Source of the DNA: Schmidtea polychroa
Lineage: Eukaryota
Length of the DNA stretch: 64,000 nt
Reading direction: 5' to 3'
Assembly: GCA_044892525.1 (NCBI GenBank)
Contig: CM097885.1
Coordinates: 33,730,001 to 33,794,000 of the forward strand
Positions 1 to 14,692 of the stretch are shown here, one piece after another; positions within the stretch are counted from its first letter, which is position 1, and each line of letters begins with the position of its first letter. The translations under genes and the position numbers were made by a program. The notes beneath the pieces were generated by a model. That model was not told the DNA's origin, made no database searches, and saw only the letters and a program-made list of their open reading frames with translations.

Positions 1-1295
1 AAAATAATTCATTTCGTTCTTCATTTCTTTCAAACAATAGATCAATATTTTGTTAAATAGAAAACAAAGCATTTTTTTATAATCTGAAAGAAATAAAGAT
101 AAACGAAATTATAATTGTAAACATATCCCATGTGAATGAGATAAAGATTTTCGTGAGTTAAATGAAACTGAAGTAATTTTTAACTAAATCTGTCGTTTTA
201 TTTGAAGTTACAACTTTTCGGTACTAATTATCATTTTTTTCAATTATTCCTTCCTTTGAAAGACCAAGTATTTTAATCTGTATTAGACTCATAAAGGTTG
301 TGAACTGAAACAAAATGACTTCACTAAAATCTAAATTATTTTTCCTGCTGGTTTATTTTTACATTTTCAACAATCATAAATAACATTTAAAGTTAATAAA
401 TATTAATGGGTACTAGCTTTTTAATTTCTATTTAATAACTTGTGTATCCTTTTAATAATTTTTTAGATATATCTCTTACAAAATTATAATTTATCAGTAA
501 AATCTTTTAATTTTTGTTCGCCTTTTATCTGTTTTCTTTTGATGTTTTATTTATTTTCATTATGGCAATAAATGGATTATTATTTAATATTTTAAAATGT
601 GTAATTAATTCAAAAAAATAATAATTTTCGATGTAAATGTTTTGTTTTATACAAATTTATATCTATGAATATTTGGCATGTCCGATCTTTTACGATAGAC
701 AATTTAGCAAGGTGGTTTTTCTGCGACAATTATTTTGATGTTTAGAAGACAAATATTACTGTTAGTATATTTGTATTGTCTTATAATTATATGCGTCGCT
801 GAAATTTAATTTCGCATAATTTACTATCGCGTAAATGGAGTCACGGAAATTCATGTTGCGTAAGATCAACTAAACCGTATATTTATTTTTTTAACCAATG
901 ACAATTGATAAAGTTAATTTAAAGCGAGCCGCAAATTTTTATACCTAATAGACGTGCCACTCTCAACCGAGATAATTATAGCCTCTCAATTGTTCGTCAA
1001 AATTTACTTACCAGTAAAAAAGAATTCAATCAAGATACATCTCTCAAATGTCACGTATATGCTGAATTAGACTTTATACGCTTGAAAATAATACGTACAT
1101 TGTTTTAACAATTTGTACAATGAAATGGATAGTTGAAGGCACAATATACCATAAAGACAATGAATATTTATATTTGAAAATGCCTACCGAAATCATTCCT
1201 TCTGGTTATAAGTTTAAGTTAAAAAATATCTTCAAACTTATTTTGTCTTACTTTTATACTATGGCACCGTGCATCCCCTTTTAATTATTATTTTA

Positions 1296-2895
1296 CACCC
1301 TGGGTTACCCAAACACTGATGTATATATATATGTATATAAATTATTAAATAGCAAAAAATATTTGGAAACTATAGATTAGATTTTATCATAGTAGTCGTC
1401 GGTTCGTTCTTCATTGTAGATTTATCAATTTGTGTGGCGGTGTAAAGTTCTGCAATATAGTGGATAAGTTATGTAAGTTTGACACTGTTCTGCATGGTTT
1501 TTCGTGTCTGATAGATTCCACCCATAGGTGACTAAGTAATATGAGCTTCGTTTTGGCACAGCATCCCAGATTGTTTCAAAACAGAGTCTCTTTGTTTTAA
1601 GTAATCCATTTGATTCATTATCTGCCTTAGAGAGATACAACAATAACAGAATAAATACAAAGTTAAGTATGGACAGACATGATATATAAAGTTGCATTTC
1701 ACATTTCATTGACGCGTGGTTAACCAGGAAAAGCCATGCATAGACCACTTGCAAAACTGGAGTTGGATTGGAGCAAATGTTTGCCCTTTGGAATTACTAT
1801 GGTTTGGAAAGAGCCCATCAATCACTTCGATGACTTCTATTTCTGTATGGTGAATGTGACAGGATTCCAAAAGTAAAAAACATCTCATCCATTAATCTTC
1901 AGCATCATCGCCATAACCTCATTCTTAAAATATTCTGATCCATTCTACACCAAATTTGTCTGCTAAATATGAAACCACAGACCAAGTTTACAAGAAACTG
2001 ATAATGCTCGTGATAATAATTTCACAATAGAAGACTTGAAAGCTCCAAAATTACTCACACAAGATCTTGATGATTTGGTACGAGATTTAGACCTACCCAA
2101 AGAATCTGCCCAAGTTCTCTGCTCGCTATTGCTTATGAAATTCTCTGTTAAATTACTCTCCACTAACGGAAATTCATATGACTATTTAATGGAGAAATTC
2201 CCACAGGAGATTGATGTAAAGTTAAAAGCTAGAATTTTTAGTTTACCTCAAATATCCGATCTCATGAGAGATAGATCCATCATTTATTGAGAGAATGACC
2301 CCTGTTGGGCAGGCCACATAAATAAGTTCCAAGTCTGTTGTGAAGGGATTTCTTCGAAACTATCAATTGGGAAATTAAGGTCGATGTGTTAGAACACTCA
2401 TAGACATATTCAAAGATTGGGTTTATCGAACGAGTGTGAAATTACATTTCCCCCATTCTCACCCTCAAGACTTCCCTGAAAATCACGGCGAAAGACTCCA
2501 TTAAGACCTTTCCGAAATGGAAAGAAGAAATCTAAGTTTCAAGAACATAAATATGATGGTCGATTACTGCTGGTGTTTAAAGCGGTATAAATCGAATGCT
2601 CATAAAAGAGAGTTGCGAGAGATACAGATCCTGCATAGTTCATCCTTCTAAAGATATGAGGGATCTTATGTTTTTATGGTCTTTAATATTTAACTCAATA
2701 TATTAATATCATTCATTATATTGCAATAAATGTACTGACTTTATAAAATTTGAGTTTAATATTAATGCATATGTATTATATATTATATCCTACATTGAAG
2801 TACAATAAATATTTTTTAAAGATATATCGCTCAAATCGTATTTATGATATATTTTTGTTGAACCTTTTACACAAGAAAAAATTTTGGGTAATCAG
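1296..2895 (+). mobile_element. Degenerate Chapaev3 (CMC superfamily) DNA transposon
   Basis: Disrupted motifs LPFGITMVWKEPINHFDDFYFC, DLDDLVRDLDLPKESAQVL, SVKLHF, HGERLH, NMMVDYCWCLKR; partial TIRs CACCCTGGGTTACCCAAA / TTTGGGTAATCAG. Confidence 0.75.
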
Positions 2896-2940
2896 ACACA
2901 CACACAAAATAGCTTTAGCGATTATTTCATTTCCATTTGA

Positions 2941-3233
2941 CTAGGAAAATAGCATTTGCCCAGGCAAAAGCCATTTGGCTAAATCTTTGTTGGGCAAATA
3001 ATTCTAATGTTATTAATTTCGAGGTTATAAAGATATGAAGAAAAAAATTGAAATAACCATTATAATGTATTATTAAACCATAATAATTAACTTTTTTCAA
3101 AGTACCTACCTCTATGTTTTATGTAATAAAAAAAACACGCAAAACAAATTTAAAATAATAGCTAAAGCTATTTGACCAGGCAAATGGCATTTGCCTAGCC
3201 AAATGTTATTTTCCTAAAATTACCATTTGCCTA
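2941..3233. repeat. MITE-like element with repeated and inverted CATTTGCC/GGCAAAT motifs
   Basis: taggaaaatagcatttg at the left end, caaatgttattttccta inverted near the right end; several internal copies of the motif. Confidence 0.45.
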
Positions 3234-3347
3234 CGACATATATATAATATTTTTAATTTTTTAACACGAATCTTCGATTAACCCTTTTCTACAAAATTTT
3301 GAAAAAGCCTGAGGCAAAACTCGTTAATTAAATAAAACTATCTATAA

Positions 3348-3900
3348 CAGTATTTCCCAACGTGGATCCCAAGCTCAACTGGAGGGCAGTTTAAAAATGA
3401 GCAATGTAGTATTAAAAAGGTTGTCATATAGGCTTTATTCAGTGAATAATTTAGTTTGTGAATATTAAAAATTATGTATGTATTACAGGTGGACATTAGA
3501 ATTTAAAATTGATTAGGTGTGGCATAACAAAAAAAATGATTGTGAAATACTGATTTATAGTATAAAATAAAGATAACTGAAATTGCTTAGATACTAATGA
3601 TTCAACGATGGAAAATAAGATTTTACAAATTGAAGATTTTATAAAAATCGAAAAGTCTGCTAGATGAAACATCAATAAAAAGGAATATTGGGAAAGAACT
3701 TTAAAATGAACCAATTGAAAAAAATTGGCTTCACTAATTAAAGTTAAATCTCAATTTTTACGAATAATAGGATAAATACCAACGGAATCTTCAAATAAAT
3801 CATTTGTAGAAGGAAATATATTAATATAAATGGTGGATGTGAACCTTATAGGTCAAACAATGAAAATGACACATAAATTAAATAACAATGACACAATTAA
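3348..3900 (+). mobile_element. hAT (Charlie-like) 5' remnant
   Basis: Starts CAGTATTTCCCAAC (Charlie-type TIR); LDET motif near 3660; very decayed. Confidence 0.3.
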
Positions 3901-5299
3901 ATAGCAAAATTATTTTTATCAAAATTGATGACGTCATTGGTAAGTTAATAAACCATTTCGATGCGAGATACGGATAAATGCGAATCACAGTGCATAGCTC
4001 TCAAGTGCGAGATGCGGATTTATCCCACGTTCTATAAAAACTCGGCTTACAAGTGCGAGGTAAATACTATTGAATAGACCTTTGTTTCTACTTTTAACCA
4101 CCCTTCGGGGAAATTTTTTTTTAACATATACTGAATGTATTACATGTATTATATGTATTATATGTTCACTTAGTTGTTCTAGAATTTTTTATCGACAATT
4201 AGTCTCGCTCTTAAGATCGCTTTATTGGTAAGTGGGGTGTCTTTTTTTCGACCATTAGCTACTGGCATTATAGAGAAATTTCAGGGGGTAAGAAACAAAT
4301 ACAATATATACATAGAACATTTGGTCTTACTCGAATCAATAAATACTCGAAATTCTACGTAGAGGCAATGGTAAATCATAATATTTATATGTACATATAA
4401 AAAAATTCTAATATAATTTTTTTATTTATATTTTTCAGATAAAACCAGAATATTTATTGCATTATTTTTTTATTATGTTCTTTATTAATTAATTGGGGAT
4501 TATAAATAAACAATGATTTTTTTCCTTTCCCGCTCATTTTATCCCTTTTTACTTTTTAGAATTTAATTCTGAAGGTGAATAAAGATGCCGGAGAAAATGA
4601 TTATAAATATATAAAAAAATCACAATTATATCTTTAACTTTTTTGATGACGGATAATTGACACGTTCGTGACTTTTTATGAAATTTTATTTCGCACTTAT
4701 AGGGTTAAACAAAGAAAATCTCCAAAATTATTCTAAAGAAGACTCCTGACTATGAAAATAATTTCTATATTTTTAGGATTTGAAAAATACTCGTTCAGAT
4801 ACTTTTTTGTGACTACAAGAATTTTTTTATTTTAATTTGAAATTTTAAAATATTTTCCTTCAAATAGTTTTATTTTCCTTTTTTCTTCATATACTAGTAA
4901 TTTAAAAACTTTAAAGAGTTTTATTTTTTTAGAAGTTTTTCTGACCAACAACCCCATTTCAGATATATAATGCTTTACCCTATACAAATATTTTTCATAT
5001 ATTCAGATTCGGAAAAATATTCTAAATTATTTTGTTCCCAAACAGGTAAATTAATTAATCTCTCTGTAAATATCAAAACAATTGGATAATTAATTAAATT
5101 TATAATAAATTAATTTTAAATTACTTTTATTTGTTTCGTTTTGTTTTACTAAAAAGTATTTAAAATGACAAATTCATTCGAAATTGAAATAAAAAAATAG
5201 ATTTTATTCTGTTTTATTTATAAAATAATTTAATTACAGAACTTTTGAAATAAGGTAGTAGCTCAATTATATTCTCAACTTTTCATTTATTTCATTGAA

Positions 5300-5870
5300 C
5301 GCGATTCACTGATACTAAAGCTCAACCGCAAAATTTACTGTAATGTTGAGAATTAATTTAATAAAAACAAGAGAAAATTTACTTTCATTGTTGAAGCTCA
5401 AATTGATAATAAAGTTTCATTAAATTTATTTTTCAGTCTTATTATGTTTGTATTTTCAAATTTAGTATTTCTATTTCACAAAAAAACTGGAAATGTTTGA
5501 CGAATTTTATTATTTCCTTTATCTTCATTTTTCTTCAAACTATAGATTAATATTTGGTCTTATATTTAACATAGAATATTGACAGGGTTTAAAATCTGAT
5601 AATGACCAAAAGAAATTTTCGTTTTAATTCATGTTAAAAGTACTTTCCATATTTTTTCCTCATTCTTCTTCAAATGAAACTTTAATTCAGTAAAATTCTC
5701 CATATAAAGAACACGATTTTACTTTTTGTCTAAATTTTCAGTTTCGAAGCCACTTCTTTAGAAGTTCTAAAGAAATCTTCATCAATATTGAATCCTTTTG
5801 CGATTTCTTTCAACTTTATTGTAATACAGTAGGATATCCATTAGCAGAGGCAAATTATCATAATAAAATA
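5300..5870 (-). mobile_element. pogo/Tigger-like transposase remnant
   Basis: Frameshifted fragments such as EEIAKGFNIDEDFFR, WLRN, KSCSLYGE resemble the CENP-B HTH region. Confidence 0.4.
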
Positions 5871-6388
5871 ATATTTATCACTCATTAATTTGATACCTTC
5901 AAAATTCTTTTCGTTTATTTTCAAAACTAATAAAGATCAATTTTCTTCAATATATAACATAAGTTTTTGGCAATGTCTTTTTCAAGAGTTGTTGAAAGTT
6001 TTTGATCTATAATTGTAACAAAAATAAATGAAAAGTTTAGTTATTATTTTATACATGTTTAAAATAACGGAATCATAATTTGAAGTGCAAAAAATAAAAA
6101 AAATATTTATAGACAAATTTTGGTATTAATATATTCTCGAGTAATTAATATGTATAAAAGTTCACTGACGTCAAATATTTACAATTAATTTTGGGTGGCT
6201 ATTAACTGTGCTCTAAAAATTCTAAATTGTGTTCTAATATTACCTGTGCCCTTAAATAATTAAAAGTGAACTTTAAAATTTATTAAAAATTTAATTAGGA
6301 TTAGTAATTTTAAGATTCCATTAAATTTATTTAAGCTTTCCATTATCTATTTTAGGATCTCTCTCTAGTTAAAATTATAGCTCATCTA

Positions 6389-6595
6389 CCGTATTAGCTC
6401 GAATATAACGCGACATTTTTTAACATTTTATTTTTATTAAATAATCGACTCGCGCTAAATTCGGGGTTTAAGTAATGTAATTTAAATAAAGACATTAATT
6501 TTAATTTTTTTATGAGTATTTTTTTTCTAAAAATCTTTATGAAAATTTTGGTGTCGCGTTAAATTCTGGGTCGCGTTATATTCAGGATAACACGG
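6389..6595. mobile_element. Tc2/pogo-type MITE
   Basis: TA|CCGTATTAGCTCGAATATAACGCGAC ... GTCGCGTTATATTCAGGATAACACGG|TA; imperfect TIRs and TA TSD. Confidence 0.7.
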
Positions 6596-7299
6596 TAATT
6601 ACAATTATAGCTCATTTTAAACAACAGCTCTATTAAAATTTTTAGTTTCCAAAAAAAAAATATTTATTTACCACTTTTTCTGACATCATTAATTTACAAA
6701 AAAGACGAAACTCAAACTCAAACTCACCTTTCGACGTTGAGATAATTTTTCCATCTAGAAAGATGACAAATTTTTATATGTTCTTTTTCAATTCTTGACT
6801 AAAATATCAAATTTAAATGTATTTCAATAGCTTTTTAATATAAAAACTATAATTTTTGAGGATTTTAACCCTTATAACACGAAGACGTATATTTACGTTA
6901 AACTTTTATGACTAACTGCCGAAATTCGTATTTCCTTGAGGTACAAAACTATACCCTGCCATTAAATGCGTATGATATATCTGTAGTCACGTTTAAACCT
7001 GATTGCAAGCCAGATTTTTAAGTACATAAAATTTTAAATTAAAATAGTAAAAGTTTTGTTTGAAATAAGTTTATGAATTCTTAGTTCCTATGATGTTGTT
7101 GTAACACGGAGAGATCTTTGTATTTCAAGCTGATAGCGGTACTTTTTATTGCCGTATCAGTTGAGAATGTTTTTACTCACATAAATGTTACAAATGAAAT
7201 AAACATTTTGGTGACTTTCTCACTCAGCACTGAGTATTCGCTTTCAAAGGAAAGCCAAAAATGAGATCTTGATGAGAACGACTGGAATTTAGATTTGAG

Positions 7300-8275
7300 A
7301 CTAGTCAGACAATAGATCGATTAAGCTTTCTTTTTCATTCATTTCAAATTTTATCCTTTGATTTTTGCCGAAAATGGTTCAATTATCCACATATTGCCCA
7401 GTCTGGATTCTTAATCCTTTGGATGGCAGCGACCAAAAGCTTATACGAGCGGCTTTATGTGCTGTCAAACAATAGTTATTACTTCTCAGTTAACATCCTT
7501 CTGTTTCACACACTTATCAAGATTCTGTAACATTTGCTGGTCTTTAGTAAATAGCGTTTGCCACAACACTATTTTCATTTGAAAGAAGAAATGCATTTAT
7601 TTTATCTCGCAGTGTGAATAAGTCTGCAAACTGTCCTTGCAAGGATGCGTTCAACTTGTTTAAAAGATAAAAAATATCAACCAGGTATGCAAAGTTACAT
7701 GACCAGCCAATGTCCGACAAAAGATCTTGAAACTTCGAATTATTTTGCTGCTAAAAGGATAACGTGACTTTTTTGCGCATATCGAACAATCTGGTTAGTA
7801 ATTTGTCTCTTGACTAACACCTTACCTCAGCATAAAGACAGCCAATTTCTTCACAAAGTTTCTCAAGTATTCCAGAATTGAGTGCCTTGTGCCGAATTTC
7901 ATTTACAATTTCACTTACATCAGAGAATGGTTCATGCAGTTCTAGAGATATTTTTTACCACAAGTTGATGACTATGTAAAATACAATGAATGAACCAAAT
8001 ATCTAAATTTCCAGCATCTTTCACTTTTGTACAACGAATGAAAATGCTTACGTTACATCTATGCATATTCCATCACATTTCTGCCATTTAACACAATGAG
8101 CATGGAAATAATCATTAAGTGAATTGAAAATCTCAGAGCTGATTGTTCTACCCGATAATACTAACGAAAAGAGTTCTTCTAACTCGTCCCACAGTCAAAT
8201 TTTACAAAACAAAATAAAATCGCTTCGTTAGTTATGCCTGTTAATTCATCGAGTTGAACTGAATAAGAAACACAT
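7300..8275 (-). mobile_element. hAT Buster/Charlie (ZBED5/SCAND3/FAM200-like) transposase remnant
   Basis: Minus-strand motifs SVQLDE, WFIHCI, AEVRxxSRDKLLTRLFDMR, AYLVDIFYLLNKLNASLQG with stops and frameshifts. Confidence 0.75.
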
Positions 8276-9618
8276 AATTTTTCACCATATAAAATGGTAA
8301 AAGCCCTCATTCTAGGAGAAGAATTTCAGGTTAGCATAAAACTAAAATTTTTTGAAACATAAGAAAAAATGAAATAAAAATCACATATAGTAACCTTATT
8401 CTAGTAAACCACATACCAAATTGTATTTTATAAGAAGATTATTAAGAAGTGATATTGCTGTAACAAATTTTATTATCCAAGACAAATCTCCAACACTCTA
8501 GTAGAGAGATATGGATTCGCTGAGCCAATCCCCACCCACACCCTACTGAGAGCTTTTTTTCTACTATTTATTTCTGCTATTTTTATGTACTTCACGAAAA
8601 ATAGGCCATGTAACCACGGCAACCGGGTGGTTACCATTATAAAAATCAATAAATTGGATTGACCTAAATAAATATGAGTTGACCTACATAAATTTGGATT
8701 GACCTACATAAAATTTGGATTGAAACTTAACTTAAAAACTTAGAAATTTTTTAATAAAAATAAATAAAAATCATCAGTAAAATTATAAAAAATATTTATT
8801 TCAATAATTTTCATAATGAATATTTTTTTCTCACAACTTTTTTTTGTAAAAAAATCTAAAAAACTAATAATTTATGAGACTTTATTTTAATTTTGCACCG
8901 ATTTCGTTTAAGTTTAGTTTTCTTTACATTAAATTTAATAAATCTCTTCCGGAAATAGTTATCTAAAATTACCATATATCTATCAAATTAAAATCAGTAA
9001 AATGAAATTTTTCCAAATTGAACTTTAGCGAAAATCTGAAATTTTTCCATAAACAAATATTTAATAATCATAATTTGTTTGCAATTTCTAACAGGATCAG
9101 ATTGCGAGAGAAACATTTAATAGCGATTTAATAATATTAATTTAACATCGGACTCATTATTAAAATCAGTTTTACTAAATTATTATCCATGATTAGCAAA
9201 GGCAATTAAGATATGTGACATATGTTTTACGCATAGTCCATTCTGTTTAATAGGAATATTCGGGACATTGGAAATGTTGGTCCAAATAATTTGCAGTTCC
9301 GAAGACTTCTTTCCATATTCGAGTCTGCATAAAATAAAATTTACCTTAAGCTTTAAATGTGATAGAAAGATCATTCAAATCCTTTTGCTCTTAACTTAGC
9401 AATTTCGTTCTGTTCTCACTCATTCTTTATTTTTTCACGCTTTTGCCAACGAAAGAAGATAAATCTCTTTTAGGTAGCTTGAATTTCTCCCATTTCCAGC
9501 GTCAAATTCAATGAAACCAAGTTCTTTTCCAAATTCTGAAAACTTTTTCAACGACTCTACTTATTAGTTCAATATCCTAAATGATAAGTTTAACGAAGAG
9601 AAGTTTTGAAGATAATAT

Positions 9619-10701
9619 TGTTGGGTTTTAGATTACTTTAAGTCGGTTCCCTCTGACTCCTAGTGTTCTTTAAATCAAAACAATGAACGACCCAACGTAT
9701 ATTGAAACAACAGGTTCACAATTTATTATCACCACTTTACAATTACTAATCAGAGTTCCGTTTGTACGATTCTCCGCTCGGCGTTGATGCTTGCAAACAA
9801 ATAATATTCAGCTTTTATTCCTTTAGATTCTCTTGACCCACGTTTTCCTCGGTTTCTGTTTGATTTGATTCCTTTTTCACCTTTCCGTATTCCTAATTCT
9901 ATTTCTTCTTTTCCCTACTTTCCCTAATTCGTTTTCGTCTTTTCCTAAACTCTGTTTCTTCGAACCTTAGCTGAGGCAAAATGCCGATTTTCTCTGATTT
10001 TCCCTTTCCTTATATACTCCTCGAAATCAGGATGACAAATGGTTATTGCCGAGCCAATCTTTCATTTGACATTTGCTCCTACGTATTTGCTTCGGCTGTC
10101 ACCCATAATGGTCCAACGAATCCAGATAATAAATGGCCCTACCGGTCTTCCTACGCGCGCTATCTTCTCCTTGCTCTTTTCCCATTAATCATTGTGTCAA
10201 GCTAATGGGCCCAAATCTTCCTTCGGTTTGCTTTTCTTCTTGTTTACCCAGCTCAGGTTTCCTTTATCTCCCGGGTTCTCCATTGGCTCGGGTTTCCCAT
10301 TAGCTCGGGTTTCCCATTAGCTCGGGTTTTCCATTAGCCAATTAATTAATTAATTAACGTTTTCTGTTTTCATACATTTGAATGTTTGTCGACCCTTCCT
10401 AACCATTTTCTGATAAATCCCTAATCATCATCTTGTTAACCATTAGCTAATCTATACCTGTCCCGTTTTTCCCATTCGATTTCGACGATTTTTCTATTTA
10501 TTGATTGTTCTCGGATTTCCGGATTCTTGTCTTTCGTAATTTCTTTTGGCATTTTCTAATACTGTTTCCATCACACTTTCCTTTACTATTGATTCTGTGT
10601 GCGATCCCGCTTTTATTTGTCTTTTTTCTTCGCTTACTTTCTATTTGAATTATAATCCTAAATTTTATTTAAATTCTAATTTTAATTTACAGACCTCAAC
10701 A
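9619..10701 (-). mobile_element. Solo LTR (Gypsy-like), about 1.08 kb
   Basis: TGTTG...CAACA termini, perfect 4-bp TSD ATAT (9615-9618 and 10702-10705), internal 17-bp tandem repeats near 10270-10340; a second copy at 49453. Strand is tentative. Confidence 0.85.
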
Positions 10702-11646
10702 ATATAACCTCCTGGTCTTCAGGCAGTAACGCCTAATGAAATTTGGAGCACTGCGCTAAAAATTATAAAAAGTCTTAAAAATGCTTTCAGAATTTTATTT
10801 ACAAAAATAAAAAATTTATTTATTTTAAAATAATAATAATAACAATAATATAAAAAAAGTAAAAACTAGAATATTTTGATTTTTTAAAAATATTTTTAAT
10901 ACTTATTAATTTAAACAAAAATAATATCATTCTGCCAGCTCCATTGTTCATAATGTATAACATTGGTCTGGATAAAGTTTAACGTAATTACGTTAATTGA
11001 CCCGTCATTCAGATAGGTAAGTTTTGAACAAAATATAATTGTAAAATGGCTTTTATGTTGAAATTTTTAATTTATTATCATTTATCAAAATTTAATTTAA
11101 AATATTTTTGACAGAAATCTTTGAAAATATTAGTTATAAATCATTTTATATTAAAAAAATAGATCATGTAAATTGATTATATTAGTTTTTGACAATCAAA
11201 TTTTTATGATTTTAATTTTTAAAATTTTAATTGATTCAAATTTTAGTTAAAAATTCTTTTCATATTCAGAGTTTTAATATATAGTATTTCCTATTTCAAA
11301 ATGAGACATTTTTCAGCCTTTCTAAAAAACCGAACTAGTTCTTTAAAAGTTTGTTCAAAATAACATTTTTGAGAAAAATTTGAAAATCTAGAATAATACC
11401 TGTTTGATAATTATCTGAACCAATTTTCAGTATAGAAACCTTTTCCAAAGAAGAAATGGTCTCCTTTCTAAGAAATCCCTTCATCAGAAATACCTTCATC
11501 AGTGCTACCATAAGAATATTTTGTTTTAACCGATGAGATTAAATAGTTCTTCATCCAAATTTTCATTTATTTAAAAAAAATAAATGAATATATGTGCATT
11601 GCGATTTTTGCAAAGATCATAAAAAATGGTATAATAATACGCAACT

Positions 11647-11835
11647 GAGCCGTTTATTTCAAAAGTGGGACAAGTCTATTTTTGTTGAGATTTTTAAAAA
11701 TATTAATTAGCTCAAGCAAACAACTTTTGTGTATTTTGTAGTCTTACATTATCTAATAATGTTTATTAAAGATATCCAAAATAAAAGGTTTCCTATACCC
11801 AAATGGGCTTGCTCCACTCTCAAAATAAATAGCTC
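11647..11835. mobile_element. MITE with about 28-bp imperfect TIRs (GAG...CTC termini, Sola-like)
   Basis: GAGCCGTTTATTTCAAAAGTGGGACAAG vs CTTGCTCCACTCTCAAAATAAATAGCTC; flanks AACT/AAGT. Confidence 0.55.
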
Positions 11836-13699
11836 AAGTCATTATTTTTTCCATTCTTTTATTTAATGTTTGTTTTAATTGATGAAAACATATTTTCGGG
11901 ATGTAGTCTGTATTTCGGAAATTAAAAAACCATATTAAAGATTTTAATTCCTAATAAAATTTTAATTAAATTATATGACGACAAACTAATTAAATAATCT
12001 GCATGAAATTAAATTAGTAAATATTGAAAAGGTTTCAAAAAACTAATTTGAACAAGGCAATGTAAACAAACATACTCAAAAAAATGCGTATAATTTTTAT
12101 TTATTTAATTACAAATTATGCTTTTATAAAATAAATGTATAAAATATTTGATTATAACATGAAAATAATATTTTTTAATAATTATTTTAAAAAATATTTA
12201 TAAAATACACCAGTTATATATTTTATTTAAATTATTTAAACAAATGTTTGATTATACACTTGGCAGTAAAGCACAATCGATTATCGATTTAATTCTCCAT
12301 TAAACTTTCAAATTATTTTTTATATTTTTATTTTTATCAAATATAATAAAACCTTATAAAATGACTATAAATTTCCTTTTCGAAACTAATTTAATTTTTT
12401 TTAATGCTTCTAAATAAATGCTTAATAAATAAAATAAATAATAAATAAATACTTATTGTTTAAAAAATATTTGTCAACAGTAATTAAAATCATATTAACA
12501 TAAATGATAATTAATTTTATTTAGATATTTAAAGTAATAAAATAACAAATACCTCAAAAAAATAATTAATTAAAGTATCAATAAAATCTTAATTTTTCCT
12601 CATTGTTCCCGGAAATTACCTCAAATATATTTCCAAAAAATACCCAAACTTTTGATTCCCAAAGCTTAAATATCCCTTATTAGTTGTTCTTTATTAAATG
12701 TCCATCTTTATTTATCCGGGTCATGCATAACAAATATCCAAAAGGTCAGATTGTCCAAAAATAAATATTTAAAAATAATGAAATTACAATAATAATTTAT
12801 TTTCGAAATAAATTTATTCGCAATACATGTTTAAATTATCGCATCAAATATTGGAGTTTGCATATAAATTTATATTGAAATTACACATAATAAAGAAAAT
12901 GCCAATGATATTTGTGACATAACATTTTATTTTTGACCTATAGTCATATTACAAATAAATAAAGTTTATATTAGTCAAAAATCACATTGGAAATGAAATA
13001 AATAGACATAATTATTATGGACAGTATATTTATACATATTTTATAGGATACTTTTATTGGACATTATAAAATTTAATTAATTTTTCAGAATACATTTTAT
13101 CCGTGCGCGCTCATCACCACTGACTGACTATTTTTAATTTCTTTTATTTTAATTTCTTTTAAATCAGAAGCTATCAGCATTTTAAATGCGGTGGAACACT
13201 TCTGTTAATACTTTTTGCAAAATTATTTTAACAGACCAATTGAAAAAATAAAGGCAAAGTGTATAAAAGAATCATTTATTAAAAGAATCACATTGGTATA
13301 TTTAGCAACAATTTTATATTAAAATATATTCACATACATATATATATATATAACAAAATAATAACTTTCTGTTCAAGAAAGTCATCAACAAATTACAATT
13401 TTGAAAGGATATGCACATTATTTGTCGTGTTATTCTCAAAGTGAGCTTTAGGATTTTAATGATGTCCAAGTTCCTCAAATCATTTTTCTACAAAATATCT
13501 CTCACAATGACCAACACGTCATAATCTTCAGATACACATCTCAAAACCTAAACACAAACGAAGTCGAAGTGAATGAACATCTTATCGAATTCAAAGATTT
13601 TGTTGGAAATACTTGTTATATGTTTAAATCTTATAATGTCTAATATTGATAAGATTTTTTGGACCAAATATTAGCATGTACTGACAACAAGAACGTTAT

Positions 13700-14270
13700 T
13701 ATGCAAAGTAAAGGAATATCACTTGATGTCAAAACTATACCTTAAGTTAATAATAATGTTCAAATAACGGATGAGTTTCTAAAGTAGAATTGCAACCTCG
13801 ATTTCCAAAAAAAAATGGAAATCCTTTATAGAACCAAAAATAGATTCCAGAATTTCCATGTTTTACTTAGACTTTATTTAGACTTGATATAAGATTTGAT
13901 GCAATACACTACTAATTGAAATTTTTTCAGGTGAAATATTCCTCAGCAAAATAGCAACATCACTGAAAACATGTTAAAAGTACAAATAATGAAGATCAAT
14001 TTTATATATAGAAAATAATTGGGTGGTTATTGAAAGACTTTCTTCAAAAAAGCTAAAAATTATACATTGAAATAATTTATGTTACCATTGTAAGTTTATT
14101 ATATTTTCAATAATTATCAGTTAGGTTTTTCTAATAAATGTAAATAGTTCTTTATTGCCATTGCATCATATAACTGACTTCTTTATTTGAAACTCTTTAA
14201 GTATCAAGGAGTCCCTAACTATAGAAATAGAAGACCATGTAGGATGTGACTGGGATAACGTAATATTCTA
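13700..14270 (+). mobile_element. Possible Penelope-like RT/GIY-YIG remnant
   Basis: ISLDVK (RT motif, about 13716) and HVGCDWDNV (GIY-YIG C-terminal-like, about 14236); next to hammerhead-bearing repeats at 14405-14692. Confidence 0.3.
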
Positions 14271-14271
14271 A

Positions 14272-14400
<129 letters not shown>

Positions 14401-14404
14401 TTAA

Positions 14405-14692
14405 TATATTGATGTTTTTTGATACTCACGAATTTTCGACACTGCCTATTTCAAATGAATTTGATCATTATTGCATTATTGCGATTGTATATAAAATTAA
14501 CAATATATATATAAAATTATAAAACAATTGATATAAAAAAAAATCATGAAAAAATAGAAAATTTCATATGCGCTGTATTTATAATTATAAATAATATAAA
14601 ATTAATTAAAAATAGCTTGAAGACTATAAATCAGTGATATATCAATGTTTTTGATATTCACGAATTTTCGGAACTGCCTTTTTCAAGTGAAT
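14405..14692 (-). mobile_element. Hammerhead-variant repeat family 2 (PLE pLTR-like), two partial copies
   Basis: Homologous to 18614-18697, 46495-46680 and 56852-56993; minus strand ATTCAC TTGAAAA AGGC AGT TCC GAAA ATTC GTGAAT at 14656-14692. Confidence 0.65.
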